NCBI GenBank assembly: GCA_022792535.1
Contig: JAAWBG010000036.1
Coordinates: 7,031-71,030 of the forward strand
Source of the DNA: Lachnospiraceae bacterium
Lineage (GTDB): Bacteria; Bacillota; Clostridia; Lachnospirales; Lachnospiraceae
Direction of reading: 5' to 3'
DNA: 64,000 nucleotides
Shown: in pieces, positions 26,584 to 36,417 of the stretch
Layout: the number at the start of each line of letters is the position of its first letter
Position numbering within the stretch: position 1 is the first letter of the stretch
Made by a program: the position numbers and the translations under genes
The notes under the pieces: model-generated
Databases searched by the model: none
Told to the model about the DNA's origin: nothing
The model's input: the letters and a program-made list of their open reading frames with translations, nothing else

Positions 26584-27072
26584 ATGAAATACTTTGATCA
26601 TATTTCCACCCCTTTGGGAGAAATGCTTCTGATAGAAGAAAACAATGCCATCACTCACTTATCTCTTCCGGCCAAAGAATCACTTCCAGAGGATTTTTTG
26701 AAAACCTCTGCCATAGAGCAATGCACTCCTGTGATTCTTTCCGCAAAAGCACAATTGACGGAATATTTTCAAGGTAACCGGCGGGAATTTGATCTGCCTC
26801 TCAATCCCTCAGGGACGCCTTTCCAGAAAAAAGTCTGGAAGGCTCTCTGCACCATTCCCTATGGGGAAACACGCAGTTATAAGGACATCGCTGTTCAGAT
26901 TGAGAATCCAAAGGGCTGCCGGGCTGTGGGAATGGCCAACAACAAAAACACCATCATGATTATCATTCCCTGCCACCGGGTGATCGGAAGCAATGGTTCT
27001 CTAGTGGGATACGGAGGGGGACTGCATATCAAAGAATGGCTGCTGGCTCATGAGAGAAAATATTCTCTCTGA
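26584..27072 (+). CDS. ogt: Methylated-DNA--protein-cysteine methyltransferase
   Basis: GTPFQKKVW..IPYGETRSY, RAVGMANN, active-site IPCHRV. Confidence 0.93.
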   Translation: MKYFDHISTPLGEMLLIEENNAITHLSLPAKESLPEDFLKTSAIEQCTPVILSAKAQLTEYFQGNRREFDLPLNPSGTPFQKKVWKALCTIPYGETRSYKDIAVQIENPKGCRAVGMANNKNTIMIIIPCHRVIGSNGSLVGYGGGLHIKEWLLAHERKYSL

Positions 27073-27113
27073 CGCTTTATGTTTCGTCCCATTCTCCAAC
27101 TGCCCTTCCAAAT

Positions 27114-28238
27114 TCAATTCTCAAAGTAGGCGTCCACTCCATCGGCAATTCCCACCGCTAATTTCTGCTGATAGCTGTCTGAAGCCATGTTCTGATCCTC
27201 TGCCGGGTTGGTCATAAATCCCATCTCCACAATGGTCACCGGAACGGTACACCAATTAATTCCGCTCATGGTGTCTGTCTCCCAGATGTATTTCTTGTTG
27301 GCTCCGGTGGCGTTAACCGCCCCGTCCAGTACGCATTCTGACAAGTTCCTGCATTGGCTGTAAAGATTTCCCATATAGGGGTTTGCCGAGGTGGGACAAA
27401 TGGTCAGAATCCCATTTTCACTGCTGTCCTCAGAGCCATTGGCATGGACCCGGATAAAAGCGTCGGCTCCTGCATTGTTGGCCACCGCCGCCCGCTCGCT
27501 GTTGCTGATATTTACATCATGGCTGGTGCGGACCATCATTACCTGATACCCTCTTGCTTCTAATTCTTCCTGCAATTTCAAGGATACCATCAACGTCAGC
27601 TCATATTCTTTCAGTCCGCTGGAACAGCCTGTAGTTCCGCTGGCCACCTTTGCCTTGGTCTCAGAAGCCCCTGGGCCAATAGGCTCCTGCTCACTGTTTC
27701 CTTTTCCCTGGTGTCCTGCATCAATCACCACCAGATATCCATTGTCCGTCATCTCAGACTTCAATTTCAAAAATTCAGAAGCCACATAATATTCTTTTCC
27801 CTCAATCTCCACTGCGCTCCATGTCCCATCATTAGCGGTTCGGACCAATTCACTTCTGCGGGCTGCAGTCTGATACACTTCGCTGTCAGTGGAAGGCGCT
27901 GTTCTCACATTGACAGATGAGGTCGTCACCACATCCTCCCTGGCATACACAACCGTATCTGCATTTAGGGCTGGCTTCTTCTCTTTTTGCTCTACATTCG
28001 CTTCTTTTTTTCCTGTGTCTTCCTGATTTTCTTTTTCTTCCTCAGAATCCTTTTCGCCTTCAGAATCTTCCCTGGCACTTTCTTCATTCTCTTCCTCTTC
28101 AGATTCCTGCTCATTTTTTGAAGCGATCTCTTCCTGTGAACTCTGGATTTTATTTTGTTTCTGGTTCAGATTTCCGCAGCCGCTGCATACCACAATCAGC
28201 ATCAGCAAAACTGCCATCCATCTTCTATCTCTTTTCAT
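27114..28238 (-). CDS. N-acetylmuramoyl-L-alanine amidase (Amidase_3) with SH3b domain, lipoprotein-like
   Basis: Signal peptide with CSGC, acidic linker, VNVRTAPS SH3, Zn ligands DAGH/EYE/RVHAN/IVEMGF; start moved to MKRDRR. Confidence 0.88.
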   Translation of the reverse strand: MKRDRRWMAVLLMLIVVCSGCGNLNQKQNKIQSSQEEIASKNEQESEEEENEESAREDSEGEKDSEEEKENQEDTGKKEANVEQKEKKPALNADTVVYAREDVVTTSSVNVRTAPSTDSEVYQTAARRSELVRTANDGTWSAVEIEGKEYYVASEFLKLKSEMTDNGYLVVIDAGHQGKGNSEQEPIGPGASETKAKVASGTTGCSSGLKEYELTLMVSLKLQEELEARGYQVMMVRTSHDVNISNSERAAVANNAGADAFIRVHANGSEDSSENGILTICPTSANPYMGNLYSQCRNLSECVLDGAVNATGANKKYIWETDTMSGINWCTVPVTIVEMGFMTNPAEDQNMASDSYQQKLAVGIADGVDAYFEN

Positions 28239-28285
28239 CCTTTCTCCTCCTGTGGACTTGCAAAACATTTTCCCTGAAAAAGGAT

Positions 28286-30037
28286 TTACTGATTGCAGCT
28301 AACGATTCCTTCCTTTGCATTCAAGGTAACATAGGCTCCTGTTTTCAGGATTGTAGTGGCATGTTCTGCCCAGATGATCACAGGAATATCCAGACTTAAC
28401 CCTACGATCACTGCATGGGAATCTGTTCCCCCTTCTTCTACGATCAAACCGGAGGCCTCACGAATCTGTTCCATCATCTCATTGCTGGTTTCTTTAGCCA
28501 CAATAATATCCCCTGCTTTAAAATCTTTCTGGAACTCACGGATATCTCTGCAGACACAAAGGCTTGCTGATACGGTTTTGTCATTGATTCCCTTTCCAGA
28601 AACTAAAATATGGCCGGCCACATGAACTTTTAAAATATTGGTGGTTCCCGGAACCCCTAAAGGTATTCCTCCGGTAATCACCGTAATGTCCCCCATAGAC
28701 ACCAGGCCTGCTTTCTGGGCTGCGTCCACAGCATGATCAAAGAGCTCGTCCGCATCCTCTTTCTGTTCTATCTGCAAAGGCGTCACGCCCCAGGAAAGAT
28801 TCAGCTGACGGCACACTTTCGGATACATACTTCCGCCGATAATGGGACAATCCGGCCTGTACTTTGAGATCATACGGGCAGTTCTTCCAGACTGGGTGAC
28901 GGTAATGATGGCCGCCGCCTTCAGATCATTTGCAGTGGTACAGGTAGCGTGAGAGATGGCATTGGTAATATCTGGATTGCTCATATTCTGTCTGGACTTA
29001 AATCTTGCCACATAGTTGATGTCCTGTTCCGTACGGATGGCAATTTTTACCATGGTTTTTACTGCTTCCACCGGATAAAGTCCCGCTGCTGTCTCCCCAG
29101 ACAGCATAATGGCGCTGGTTCCATCATAGATAGCATTTGCCACATCGGTGGCCTCCGCACGGGTGGGCCTTGGATTCTTCATCATGGAATCTAACATCTG
29201 AGTAGCTGTGATGACCTGTTTTCCTGCATCAATCACTTTTTTGATGATCATTTTCTGAATCACCGGTACATCTTCCAGCGGGATCTCTACGCCCATATCT
29301 CCTCTGGCCACCATAATACCATCTGATACCCGGATAATCTCGTCAATATTTTCCACTCCCTGCATATTTTCAATTTTGGAAATAATATTGATATTTCTGC
29401 AATTCTTTTCCTCAAAAATCTTACGAATCTGCAGAACATCTTCTGCGGTACGCACAAAAGAAGCCGCCACAAAATCAAAATCATTTTCAATTCCGAACAC
29501 AATATCTTCATAATCTTTCTCACTGATATAGGGCATGGACAATTCCACATTGGGAACATTGACGCCCTTTTTATTAGAGATCATACCGCCATTTACCACA
29601 TGACAGACAATCTCCGTGTCTGTCACCTCGTCTACTCCCAGTTCAATCAAACCGTCGTCTATCAAAATCCGGCAGCCCTTTGCCACATCGTGAACCAGAT
29701 CTTTGTACGTGATAGACACCCGATTCTCATCCCCCAGAATCTCTTCCGTTGTCAACACAAATTCCTGGCCGGCTGTAAGCTGAGCTTTTCCATCTTTGAT
29801 CTCCCTCAGGCGGATCTCCGGGCCTTTGGTATCTAAGAGGGTGGCAATGGGAAGATCTAGTTCTTCCCGCAGTTTCTGAACTTGTTTCAGACGTGCTCCC
29901 TGCTCCTTATGACTTCCATGGGAAAAATTAAAGCGGGCAACGTTCATTCCCTCGATCATCAATTGTCTCAGCACATCATCTTTTTCTGTGGCTGGTCCTA
30001 AGGTACAAATTATTTTTGTTTTTCTCTGTTTTTTCAT
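28286..30037 (-). CDS. pyk: Pyruvate kinase with C-terminal PEP-utiliser mobile domain
   Basis: KTKIICTLGP, RFNFSHG, SKIEN, MVARGDMG, ATQML, MLSGETA. Confidence 0.97.
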   Translation of the reverse strand: MKKQRKTKIICTLGPATEKDDVLRQLMIEGMNVARFNFSHGSHKEQGARLKQVQKLREELDLPIATLLDTKGPEIRLREIKDGKAQLTAGQEFVLTTEEILGDENRVSITYKDLVHDVAKGCRILIDDGLIELGVDEVTDTEIVCHVVNGGMISNKKGVNVPNVELSMPYISEKDYEDIVFGIENDFDFVAASFVRTAEDVLQIRKIFEEKNCRNINIISKIENMQGVENIDEIIRVSDGIMVARGDMGVEIPLEDVPVIQKMIIKKVIDAGKQVITATQMLDSMMKNPRPTRAEATDVANAIYDGTSAIMLSGETAAGLYPVEAVKTMVKIAIRTEQDINYVARFKSRQNMSNPDITNAISHATCTTANDLKAAAIITVTQSGRTARMISKYRPDCPIIGGSMYPKVCRQLNLSWGVTPLQIEQKEDADELFDHAVDAAQKAGLVSMGDITVITGGIPLGVPGTTNILKVHVAGHILVSGKGINDKTVSASLCVCRDIREFQKDFKAGDIIVAKETSNEMMEQIREASGLIVEEGGTDSHAVIVGLSLDIPVIIWAEHATTILKTGAYVTLNAKEGIVSCNQ

Positions 30038-30070
30038 TTTCTCTTCCTTTCTCGCTGATACGATCCAAAA

Positions 30071-30096
30071 AGAAACCGTATCTTTCTACGGTTTCT
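30071..30096 (-). terminator. Terminator-like hairpin between arcC and pyk
   Basis: AGAAACCGTA-6 nt-TACGGTTTCT followed by TTTT on the minus strand. Confidence 0.55.
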
Positions 30097-30158
30097 CTCA
30101 TCTTCTGAAATACGTTCACTTTGCTGTCATAGACTAACAGTTTCTGTTTCCTGCAATT

Positions 30159-31091
30159 CTATTTGTGTATGACAGTCCCTGTAACTAGTCCCTTTTTCTC
30201 CTCAGAAGCCGCCAGTTTCGTAATCAGCACACTGCGCACTGCAGAATTACCGATAAAATCAACAGCGGCCTGAATCTTCGGAAGCATCGTTCCTTCTTCA
30301 AATTGCCCCTCTTCTATATATTCCTCTGCCTGAGCAACGGTCATCTCATCTATGGGCTCCTCATTCTCTCTGCCAAAATTCAGGCACACTCTTTCCACCC
30401 CTGTTAAAATCACCAGCCGCTCCGCATCTACCAAATCTGCCAATTTTCCTGCCGCGGTATCTTTCTCAATCACTGCGCTGGCTCCCTTTAATTTATGGCC
30501 TTGAGGCAGTACCGGAATCCCGCCGCCGCCACAGGCAATCACCACCTGATCTGCATCCAGCAATGCCCGGACCGCATCAATCTCCACAATATCCATCGGC
30601 TTTGGCGCCGCCACAATCCTGCGGTATCCAGATTCCGTTTTTATCACATGATTTCCCTTCTTTTCTTCTATCTCGGCTTCCTCCTCTGTCATAATGCGTC
30701 CAATCTCTTTTGATGGACGATAGAAGGCATCATCATAAGTATCCACGCACACTTGGGTTAAAATCGTAGAAACCGTCTTGTAAATTCCGCGGTCTAAAAG
30801 TTCTGTACGGATCGCATTCTGCAGGTCATATCCAATATATCCCTGACTCATAGCGGAGCACACTGACATAGGAGTTGCTGTATATTCCGGATAGATTCTG
30901 CAGAATTCCGCCATTGCTGTATGAATCATTCCAACTTGCGGTCCATTACTATGGGAAATCGCCACTTGATAATCATCTTTGATAAAATCTACCACAGCTC
31001 TGGCAGCTTTTTCCGTGGCACTTTTCTGCTCTGGCAGAGTGGTACCCAAAGCATCATGTCCCAGTGCAATCACGATCTTTTTCTTTCTCAT
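30159..31091 (-). CDS. arcC: Carbamate kinase-like protein (divergent)
   Basis: NGPQVG, SQGYIGY, GYRRIVAAPKP, CGGGGIPV, MLPKIQAA; N-terminal loop is ALGHDAL instead of ALGGNAL. Confidence 0.8.
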   Translation of the reverse strand: MRKKKIVIALGHDALGTTLPEQKSATEKAARAVVDFIKDDYQVAISHSNGPQVGMIHTAMAEFCRIYPEYTATPMSVCSAMSQGYIGYDLQNAIRTELLDRGIYKTVSTILTQVCVDTYDDAFYRPSKEIGRIMTEEEAEIEEKKGNHVIKTESGYRRIVAAPKPMDIVEIDAVRALLDADQVVIACGGGGIPVLPQGHKLKGASAVIEKDTAAGKLADLVDAERLVILTGVERVCLNFGRENEEPIDEMTVAQAEEYIEEGQFEEGTMLPKIQAAVDFIGNSAVRSVLITKLAASEEKKGLVTGTVIHK

Positions 31092-31196
31092 AACATACCT
31101 CCGTAAGTCAGAACGCCAATCCAGACTTACTCCGGATTGGCATCTTGGTCTCTTTTTATCCTAACATACTTTTTGTTATTTTAAAAGAGTAAAGTA

Positions 31197-32747
31197 TTAA
31201 TCATTCTTTTTTCCTAACTTGACGGGAAGTTTCTGCTCCTGCCATTCTCCATTCTGATTTGTCTGGATCGTGACTTCTACCTCTGTTCCTGCTTTATAAT
31301 ACTGTATAATCTCCATAAGATTATCCATAGATCTCACATCTCTTCCGTCAAACTTAGTGATAACGTCCCCTTTCTTAATTCCTGCCTGAGCCGCTGCGCT
31401 GTTCTCCTGCACAGATGTAATGTATAATCCCTCCGGTATTCCAAAACTTCTCGCCATCTCTTCTGTCACATCCTGTCCGGACACGCCCAGATATGCTGTC
31501 TCCGCTTCGTCCACAACTTCTCTTGTGATCAGATTATTGATGATAGGTTCTGCTGCAGAAATCGGAATTGCAAATCCCATGCCTTCCACCCGTGTATCAT
31601 TATACTTAATGGAATTAATTCCGATTACTTCCCCTTTCATATTCAGTAAGGCTCCGCCGCTGTTTCCAGGATTGATGGCTGCGCTGGTCTGGATCAGATT
31701 ATTGGTAATATATTCTCCTGTATTCTCATCTTCCACACTTACTTCCCGATCTACCGCGCTGATTACTCCTGTGGTTACAGACTGCCCATATCCCAGTGCA
31801 TTTCCAATTGCCACAGAACCCTGTCCCACTCTGATGTCCTCTGAATTTCCCAATGTTGCCACTTTTATCTTTTCCATCGTTTCAGCCGGAATATCTTTCA
31901 CTGCTACCGATATCACTGCCAGATCGGTACTGGCATCTGTCCCTTTAATGTCTGCCGTTACCGCTTGATCGTCCACAAAGTTTACAGTGAGCTGATTAGA
32001 ATTGGCTACCACATGGTTATTCGTTACAATGTAGATCTCTTCTTCTGTCTGTCCAATAATAATTCCGCTTCCTGCGCTCTCCGTATCCTGTACGTAAGTG
32101 CGTCCAAAGAAATCTCTTCCTACTGGTTCCTGTCCCATATTGGTAATGGCTACAATGGAAGGCATAGTATGATCCACAATATCTGACACATCATTTACTG
32201 TTGTGCCTGCACTGACGTTTGTAGTCGATAAATTACTGCTGTTGGAAGTGGTTCCGTCCATTTTGCTCTCCCCTCCGGAAGTAGTCTTCAATGGAACTGT
32301 GTCCGAAGAACCTCTGGTATATTCAAATCCAATTCCTGTGCCATAAAACACAGTTCCTGACACTAATCCGAATACAAGGGCAAGAGCCGCGCATTTTGCT
32401 ATAGCCATTCCAAACCCGTGAGGCTTCTTCTCTCTGGGCTTCTTATTTTTCCTTTCCGCCTTTTTACTTTTCTTCTCTGCTTCCGATCCTGCATTGTAAG
32501 GCTGGCCATTTTCCCCCGGCTGGCTGGTATGATAGAACTGCTGATCATTTCTAGGACAGCTTTGAGGCTGAGCTTCCCTTCCTTCCAGCCCTCCGTTATT
32601 CTCCTGATTCTCTTCCTGTCTGGAAATACGCTGGACGCTTTCATCTTCTTTCTTCTCATAATAATTGGGATTGCGTTCCTGATTCTCCTGATTGAGATAA
32701 CTATATGAGTACAAAGAATCAGAATTGTTATTTTCTCTATTTTCCAT
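31197..32747 (-). CDS. htrA: HtrA/DegP-family serine protease with PDZ domain
   Basis: Triad TNNHV, DLAV, GNSGG; single TM; C-terminal PDZ; start moved to MENRE. Confidence 0.93.
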   Translation of the reverse strand: MENRENNNSDSLYSYSYLNQENQERNPNYYEKKEDESVQRISRQEENQENNGGLEGREAQPQSCPRNDQQFYHTSQPGENGQPYNAGSEAEKKSKKAERKNKKPREKKPHGFGMAIAKCAALALVFGLVSGTVFYGTGIGFEYTRGSSDTVPLKTTSGGESKMDGTTSNSSNLSTTNVSAGTTVNDVSDIVDHTMPSIVAITNMGQEPVGRDFFGRTYVQDTESAGSGIIIGQTEEEIYIVTNNHVVANSNQLTVNFVDDQAVTADIKGTDASTDLAVISVAVKDIPAETMEKIKVATLGNSEDIRVGQGSVAIGNALGYGQSVTTGVISAVDREVSVEDENTGEYITNNLIQTSAAINPGNSGGALLNMKGEVIGINSIKYNDTRVEGMGFAIPISAAEPIINNLITREVVDEAETAYLGVSGQDVTEEMARSFGIPEGLYITSVQENSAAAQAGIKKGDVITKFDGRDVRSMDNLMEIIQYYKAGTEVEVTIQTNQNGEWQEQKLPVKLGKKND

Positions 32748-32890
32748 AACAATTTCTCCTTTCTCTTTTCTTTCCCTGTTGTTTCTATATAAGCAGTTTA
32801 CGTAAGATTTGTGACTAAATTGTGACAACTATTTTAAAAATAGGTGATCAGTAGAATTTTTCTCCTGTCTTTTGAGACTGAGCCCACAAA

Positions 32891-32937
32891 AAGAAAGGAA
32901 CTGCTTCATAATCGCTGAAGCAGTTCCTTTCTTCTCC
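32891..32937 (-). terminator. Intrinsic terminator after glmS-gtrA, overlapping the gtrA stop
   Basis: Perfect 18-bp stem AAGAAAGGAACTGCTTCA / TGAAGCAGTTCCTTTCTT with T-run on the minus strand. Confidence 0.8.
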
Positions 32938-33340
32938 GTAAAATCTTTTCACGTGTATTTTCTTCCAGAAACATTTTTCTGGAACCAAAGTTCCACAAAG
33001 ATACCAAAAACGTTGCGCATATCTTAGCAAACATATAATATAATTCCATATGTTCTACAAAAATTTTCATAAATATGGAATTTAATAACAATCCGCAGAT
33101 ACTTAACAAGAGAAAAACACTAAACTGTCCTGTCCTACTTTTCTCACTGCCGCATTCAAACACATATCTCATACTGTACACATAATTGAACAGCGTCGCC
33201 GCTGAAAAAGACAGCATTGACGACCAGAGATAATGCATTTCAAATGACTCGATCAATGCAAACAGCAAACCGCAGTCTATCAGAAACGACACAATGCCCA
33301 CTGCGCTGAATCTGCAAAATTGTCTCCACACTTTTTTCAT
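32906..33340 (-). CDS. GtrA-family protein
   Basis: QFCRFSAVG, FNYVYSMRYVF, AKICAT..WNF. Confidence 0.88.
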   Translation of the reverse strand: MKKVWRQFCRFSAVGIVSFLIDCGLLFALIESFEMHYLWSSMLSFSAATLFNYVYSMRYVFECGSEKSRTGQFSVFLLLSICGLLLNSIFMKIFVEHMELYYMFAKICATFLVSLWNFGSRKMFLEENTREKILRRRKELLQRL

Positions 33341-33344
33341 TTTA

Positions 33345-35171
33345 TCACTCCACTGTTACTGATTTTGCCAGATTTCTCGGCTTATCCACGTCACATCCCT
33401 TGCCTACAGACACATAGTAGCTGAATAATTGCAGTGGAATGATTGCCAGGGAATTGGTAAAATATTTATTTGTCTGAGGAATGTAGAGCACGTAATCCGC
33501 CGCTTTCTCAATCTCCTGATTGCCTGCATTGGTCACAGCCAGCACAAAGGCGCCTCTGCTGCGAAGCTCCACAATATTGCTGATGGTTTTCTTATACAGC
33601 TCTTCCTGTGTTACAACTGCCGCTACCAGCGTTCCCTCTTCAATCAGAGAAATCGTTCCATGCTTCAATTCTCCCGCTGCATAAGCTTCTGAGTGGATAT
33701 AGGAAATTTCCTTCAATTTCAGGGAGCCTTCCATAGAAATTGCATAGTCAATTCCTCTTCCCACAAAGAATACATCTTTCGCCGCAATATAGCGGTTGGC
33801 AAAATGCTGGATCTTTTCCTGATTGCCCAGAAGCATCTCAATTTGTTCCGGCAGTTTCTGAAGATCTTTCAGGAAACCTCCCACTTCTTCCTCAGTAATC
33901 TTCCCTCGTACCTGTGCAAATTTCACAGCAAGAAGGTATTCTGCTACCAACTGGGCGCTGTAGGCCTTGGTGGTAGCTACTGCAATCTCCGGGCCCGCCC
34001 AAGTATACATTACCTTGTCAGCTTCCCTTGCAATCGAACTTCCCACCACGTTAACGATTCCCAATGTCTTTGCGCCCTTTGCCTTGGCTTCCCGCAGCGC
34101 CGCCAGAGAGTCGGCCGTCTCGCCAGACTGACTGATAATAATTACCAGCTCCTCTTCTCCCAATATAGGGTTTCGATAACGGAACTCAGAGGCCAGATCC
34201 ACTTCTACTGGAATTCTCGCCATGCCTTCAAATATATATTTGGCAGTGACTCCTGTGTGATAAGCGGAACCACAGGCAACAATATGAATCTTGCGGATGG
34301 CTTGAATCTCCTCATCGCTCATCCCTAATTCTTCAATCACAATTTTATTATCTTTAATTCTGGGATTCAAGGTATCTCTTACTGTCCGAGGCTGTTCATA
34401 CATTTCTTTCAACATAAAATGTTCATAACCGCCCTTTTCTGCCGCGTTGATATCCCAATCTATGGTGGTGGATTCTTTCTGAATCTCTTCTCCGTCCACA
34501 TTGTAAAAACCAATGTTTTCTTTCGTCAGCACTGCAATTTCTTCATTCTGAATAAAATATACTTCCCTGGTATACTTTAACACAGCAGGCACATCGGAAG
34601 CGATCAGATTCCCGTCTTTGCCATGTCCTACAATCAAAGGACTGTCTTTTCGCACTGCATAGACTTTCCCTGGATGATCTTTAAAAATAATTCCCAGAGC
34701 ATAAGAACCTTCCACGCGGTGCATAATCTTGGTAATGGTTTCCACCGGATCTCCTTTGTAGTAGTAATCCAGCAGATGTGCAACTACTTCTGTATCTGTC
34801 TCTGAAAGGAACTGGTACTCTTTCTGTTCTAACCGTTTTCGCAGTTTCAGATAATTCTCAATAATTCCATTATGGACCACTGCAATCGTCTCTGTCTGAT
34901 TGTAATGAGGATGGGCATTGTCATTGGAGGGCGCTCCGTGAGTGGCCCAGCGGGTATGACCGATTCCAGAGATTCCAGGCATAGTAGCGCCGTCATGAGT
35001 TAATTCACTGAGCACTTTCAGACGTCCCACCGCCTTCTGTACTCTGATATTCTCTCCATCATACACAGCAATTCCTGCTGAATCATATCCTCTGTATTCC
35101 AGTTTCGACAGACCATCTAATAAAATAGGGGCTGCCTGGGACTCTCCAATATATCCTACAATTCCACACAT
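33345..35171 (-). CDS. glmS: Glutamine--fructose-6-phosphate aminotransferase
   Basis: MCGIVG, GHTRWATHG, SQSGETADS, PRNLAKSVTVE. Confidence 0.98.
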   Translation of the reverse strand: MCGIVGYIGESQAAPILLDGLSKLEYRGYDSAGIAVYDGENIRVQKAVGRLKVLSELTHDGATMPGISGIGHTRWATHGAPSNDNAHPHYNQTETIAVVHNGIIENYLKLRKRLEQKEYQFLSETDTEVVAHLLDYYYKGDPVETITKIMHRVEGSYALGIIFKDHPGKVYAVRKDSPLIVGHGKDGNLIASDVPAVLKYTREVYFIQNEEIAVLTKENIGFYNVDGEEIQKESTTIDWDINAAEKGGYEHFMLKEMYEQPRTVRDTLNPRIKDNKIVIEELGMSDEEIQAIRKIHIVACGSAYHTGVTAKYIFEGMARIPVEVDLASEFRYRNPILGEEELVIIISQSGETADSLAALREAKAKGAKTLGIVNVVGSSIAREADKVMYTWAGPEIAVATTKAYSAQLVAEYLLAVKFAQVRGKITEEEVGGFLKDLQKLPEQIEMLLGNQEKIQHFANRYIAAKDVFFVGRGIDYAISMEGSLKLKEISYIHSEAYAAGELKHGTISLIEEGTLVAAVVTQEELYKKTISNIVELRSRGAFVLAVTNAGNQEIEKAADYVLYIPQTNKYFTNSLAIIPLQLFSYYVSVGKGCDVDKPRNLAKSVTVE

Positions 35172-35185
35172 ATAAGTTCCTCCTG

Positions 35186-36304
35186 CTATTCGCTTTTAGC
35201 GCTGACTCCCGTCCGGTATTCAATCTCTGCGCTGATACCCTCCACACTGTCCGTCACTCGGTAGCTGTTGGTTCCATATAAAAAATCATGAAGTTTCTTC
35301 ACATTTGACGATAAATCAGCTGGGATGACACAGTCCTGCTTACTTTTCTGATAAGAAATGCTCACTTCCTCATTTTCTCTGTCAAAAGGAAATCCTGCAT
35401 TCTCTCCCATTTTATAATTAAATGCATCTTTCGCCAGATTGATGATCTCTGTCTTGGACAAACTGGTCTGAATCTGAGGAAAAACCGTATCAATCAGCTC
35501 ATTGATCGTTCCCATATCAGATTTCAACGCCTTTTCCACCAGTTTATTCACAACCAGCCGCTGGCGTTCTGTTCTCTTAAAATCATCTCCCAAAGTGTAA
35601 CGTATTCTTCCATAAGATACTGCCTGAACTCCATTCAGATTATAAGTTCCTGCCCCCGGAAGCGGGGTATAACTTTTTCCTGTCACTCTTGAGGTCTCCA
35701 CACAGTAATTATTCAAATGTCCTGCTTCCTCTGCTGTCACCTCAATCTCTACTCCGCCTAAGATATCCACGGCTTCTGCCACTGCGGAAAAGTCAAAGGA
35801 AACATACTCTCTGATATCCAGATCCAGATTGGTGTTTAACATACGTACCGCCTGCTGAGGACCGCCCACTGCATATGCCGCATTGGCCTTGCTATAGGCG
35901 TTAGGATTGTCCAGATCAGCCATCTTTAAAAAAGTATCCCGATATACCGACACCAATCTCACTTCCTTGGTCTCTTTATCAATCCGGGCTACCATAATCA
36001 CATCGGAGTTTCCGCTGTTATAAGAATTCTCTTCCCTGTTATCCAAGCCAAAGAGAGCAATCGTTGTATATTCTCCTAAAACATCTATGGTCTCTTCTGG
36101 AAGTTCTGTTCTCACATCTTTTTCATGAAATGAGACATCCGTATTCAACTTATCCATTTTTCCATTAATCCAGATCCAGGCCAATATTCCCAATAATATT
36201 AAAATTTCAATCCCGACTATGATCAATTTCCGTTTTTTTCTCTTATTCTTTTGTCCTTTTTTGCCCGCAGACTTTTTCCCGTGAGCGCTGTTCTGTTTTG
36301 CCAT
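35186..36304 (-). CDS. LCP-family glycopolymer transferase
   Basis: Basic N-terminus plus TM, GLDNR, SDVIMV, SVYRDT, DFKRTERQR. Confidence 0.92.
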   Translation of the reverse strand: MAKQNSAHGKKSAGKKGQKNKRKKRKLIIVGIEILILLGILAWIWINGKMDKLNTDVSFHEKDVRTELPEETIDVLGEYTTIALFGLDNREENSYNSGNSDVIMVARIDKETKEVRLVSVYRDTFLKMADLDNPNAYSKANAAYAVGGPQQAVRMLNTNLDLDIREYVSFDFSAVAEAVDILGGVEIEVTAEEAGHLNNYCVETSRVTGKSYTPLPGAGTYNLNGVQAVSYGRIRYTLGDDFKRTERQRLVVNKLVEKALKSDMGTINELIDTVFPQIQTSLSKTEIINLAKDAFNYKMGENAGFPFDRENEEVSISYQKSKQDCVIPADLSSNVKKLHDFLYGTNSYRVTDSVEGISAEIEYRTGVSAKSE

Positions 36305-36417
36305 ACCTTCACCCGTTTTTTGTTTATCCCTTATCCTGTGTCATATCTTATAATATTTCCTCTCATTTATCAACCGTCATTTTTCTTGAATTTTCCCAAA
36401 AAGCCCCGCCATTTCTG

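Noticed and set aside
35172-35185. glmS ribozyme
   Set aside because: Only 14 nt separate the LCP stop from the glmS start, so there is no room for the ribozyme at this position
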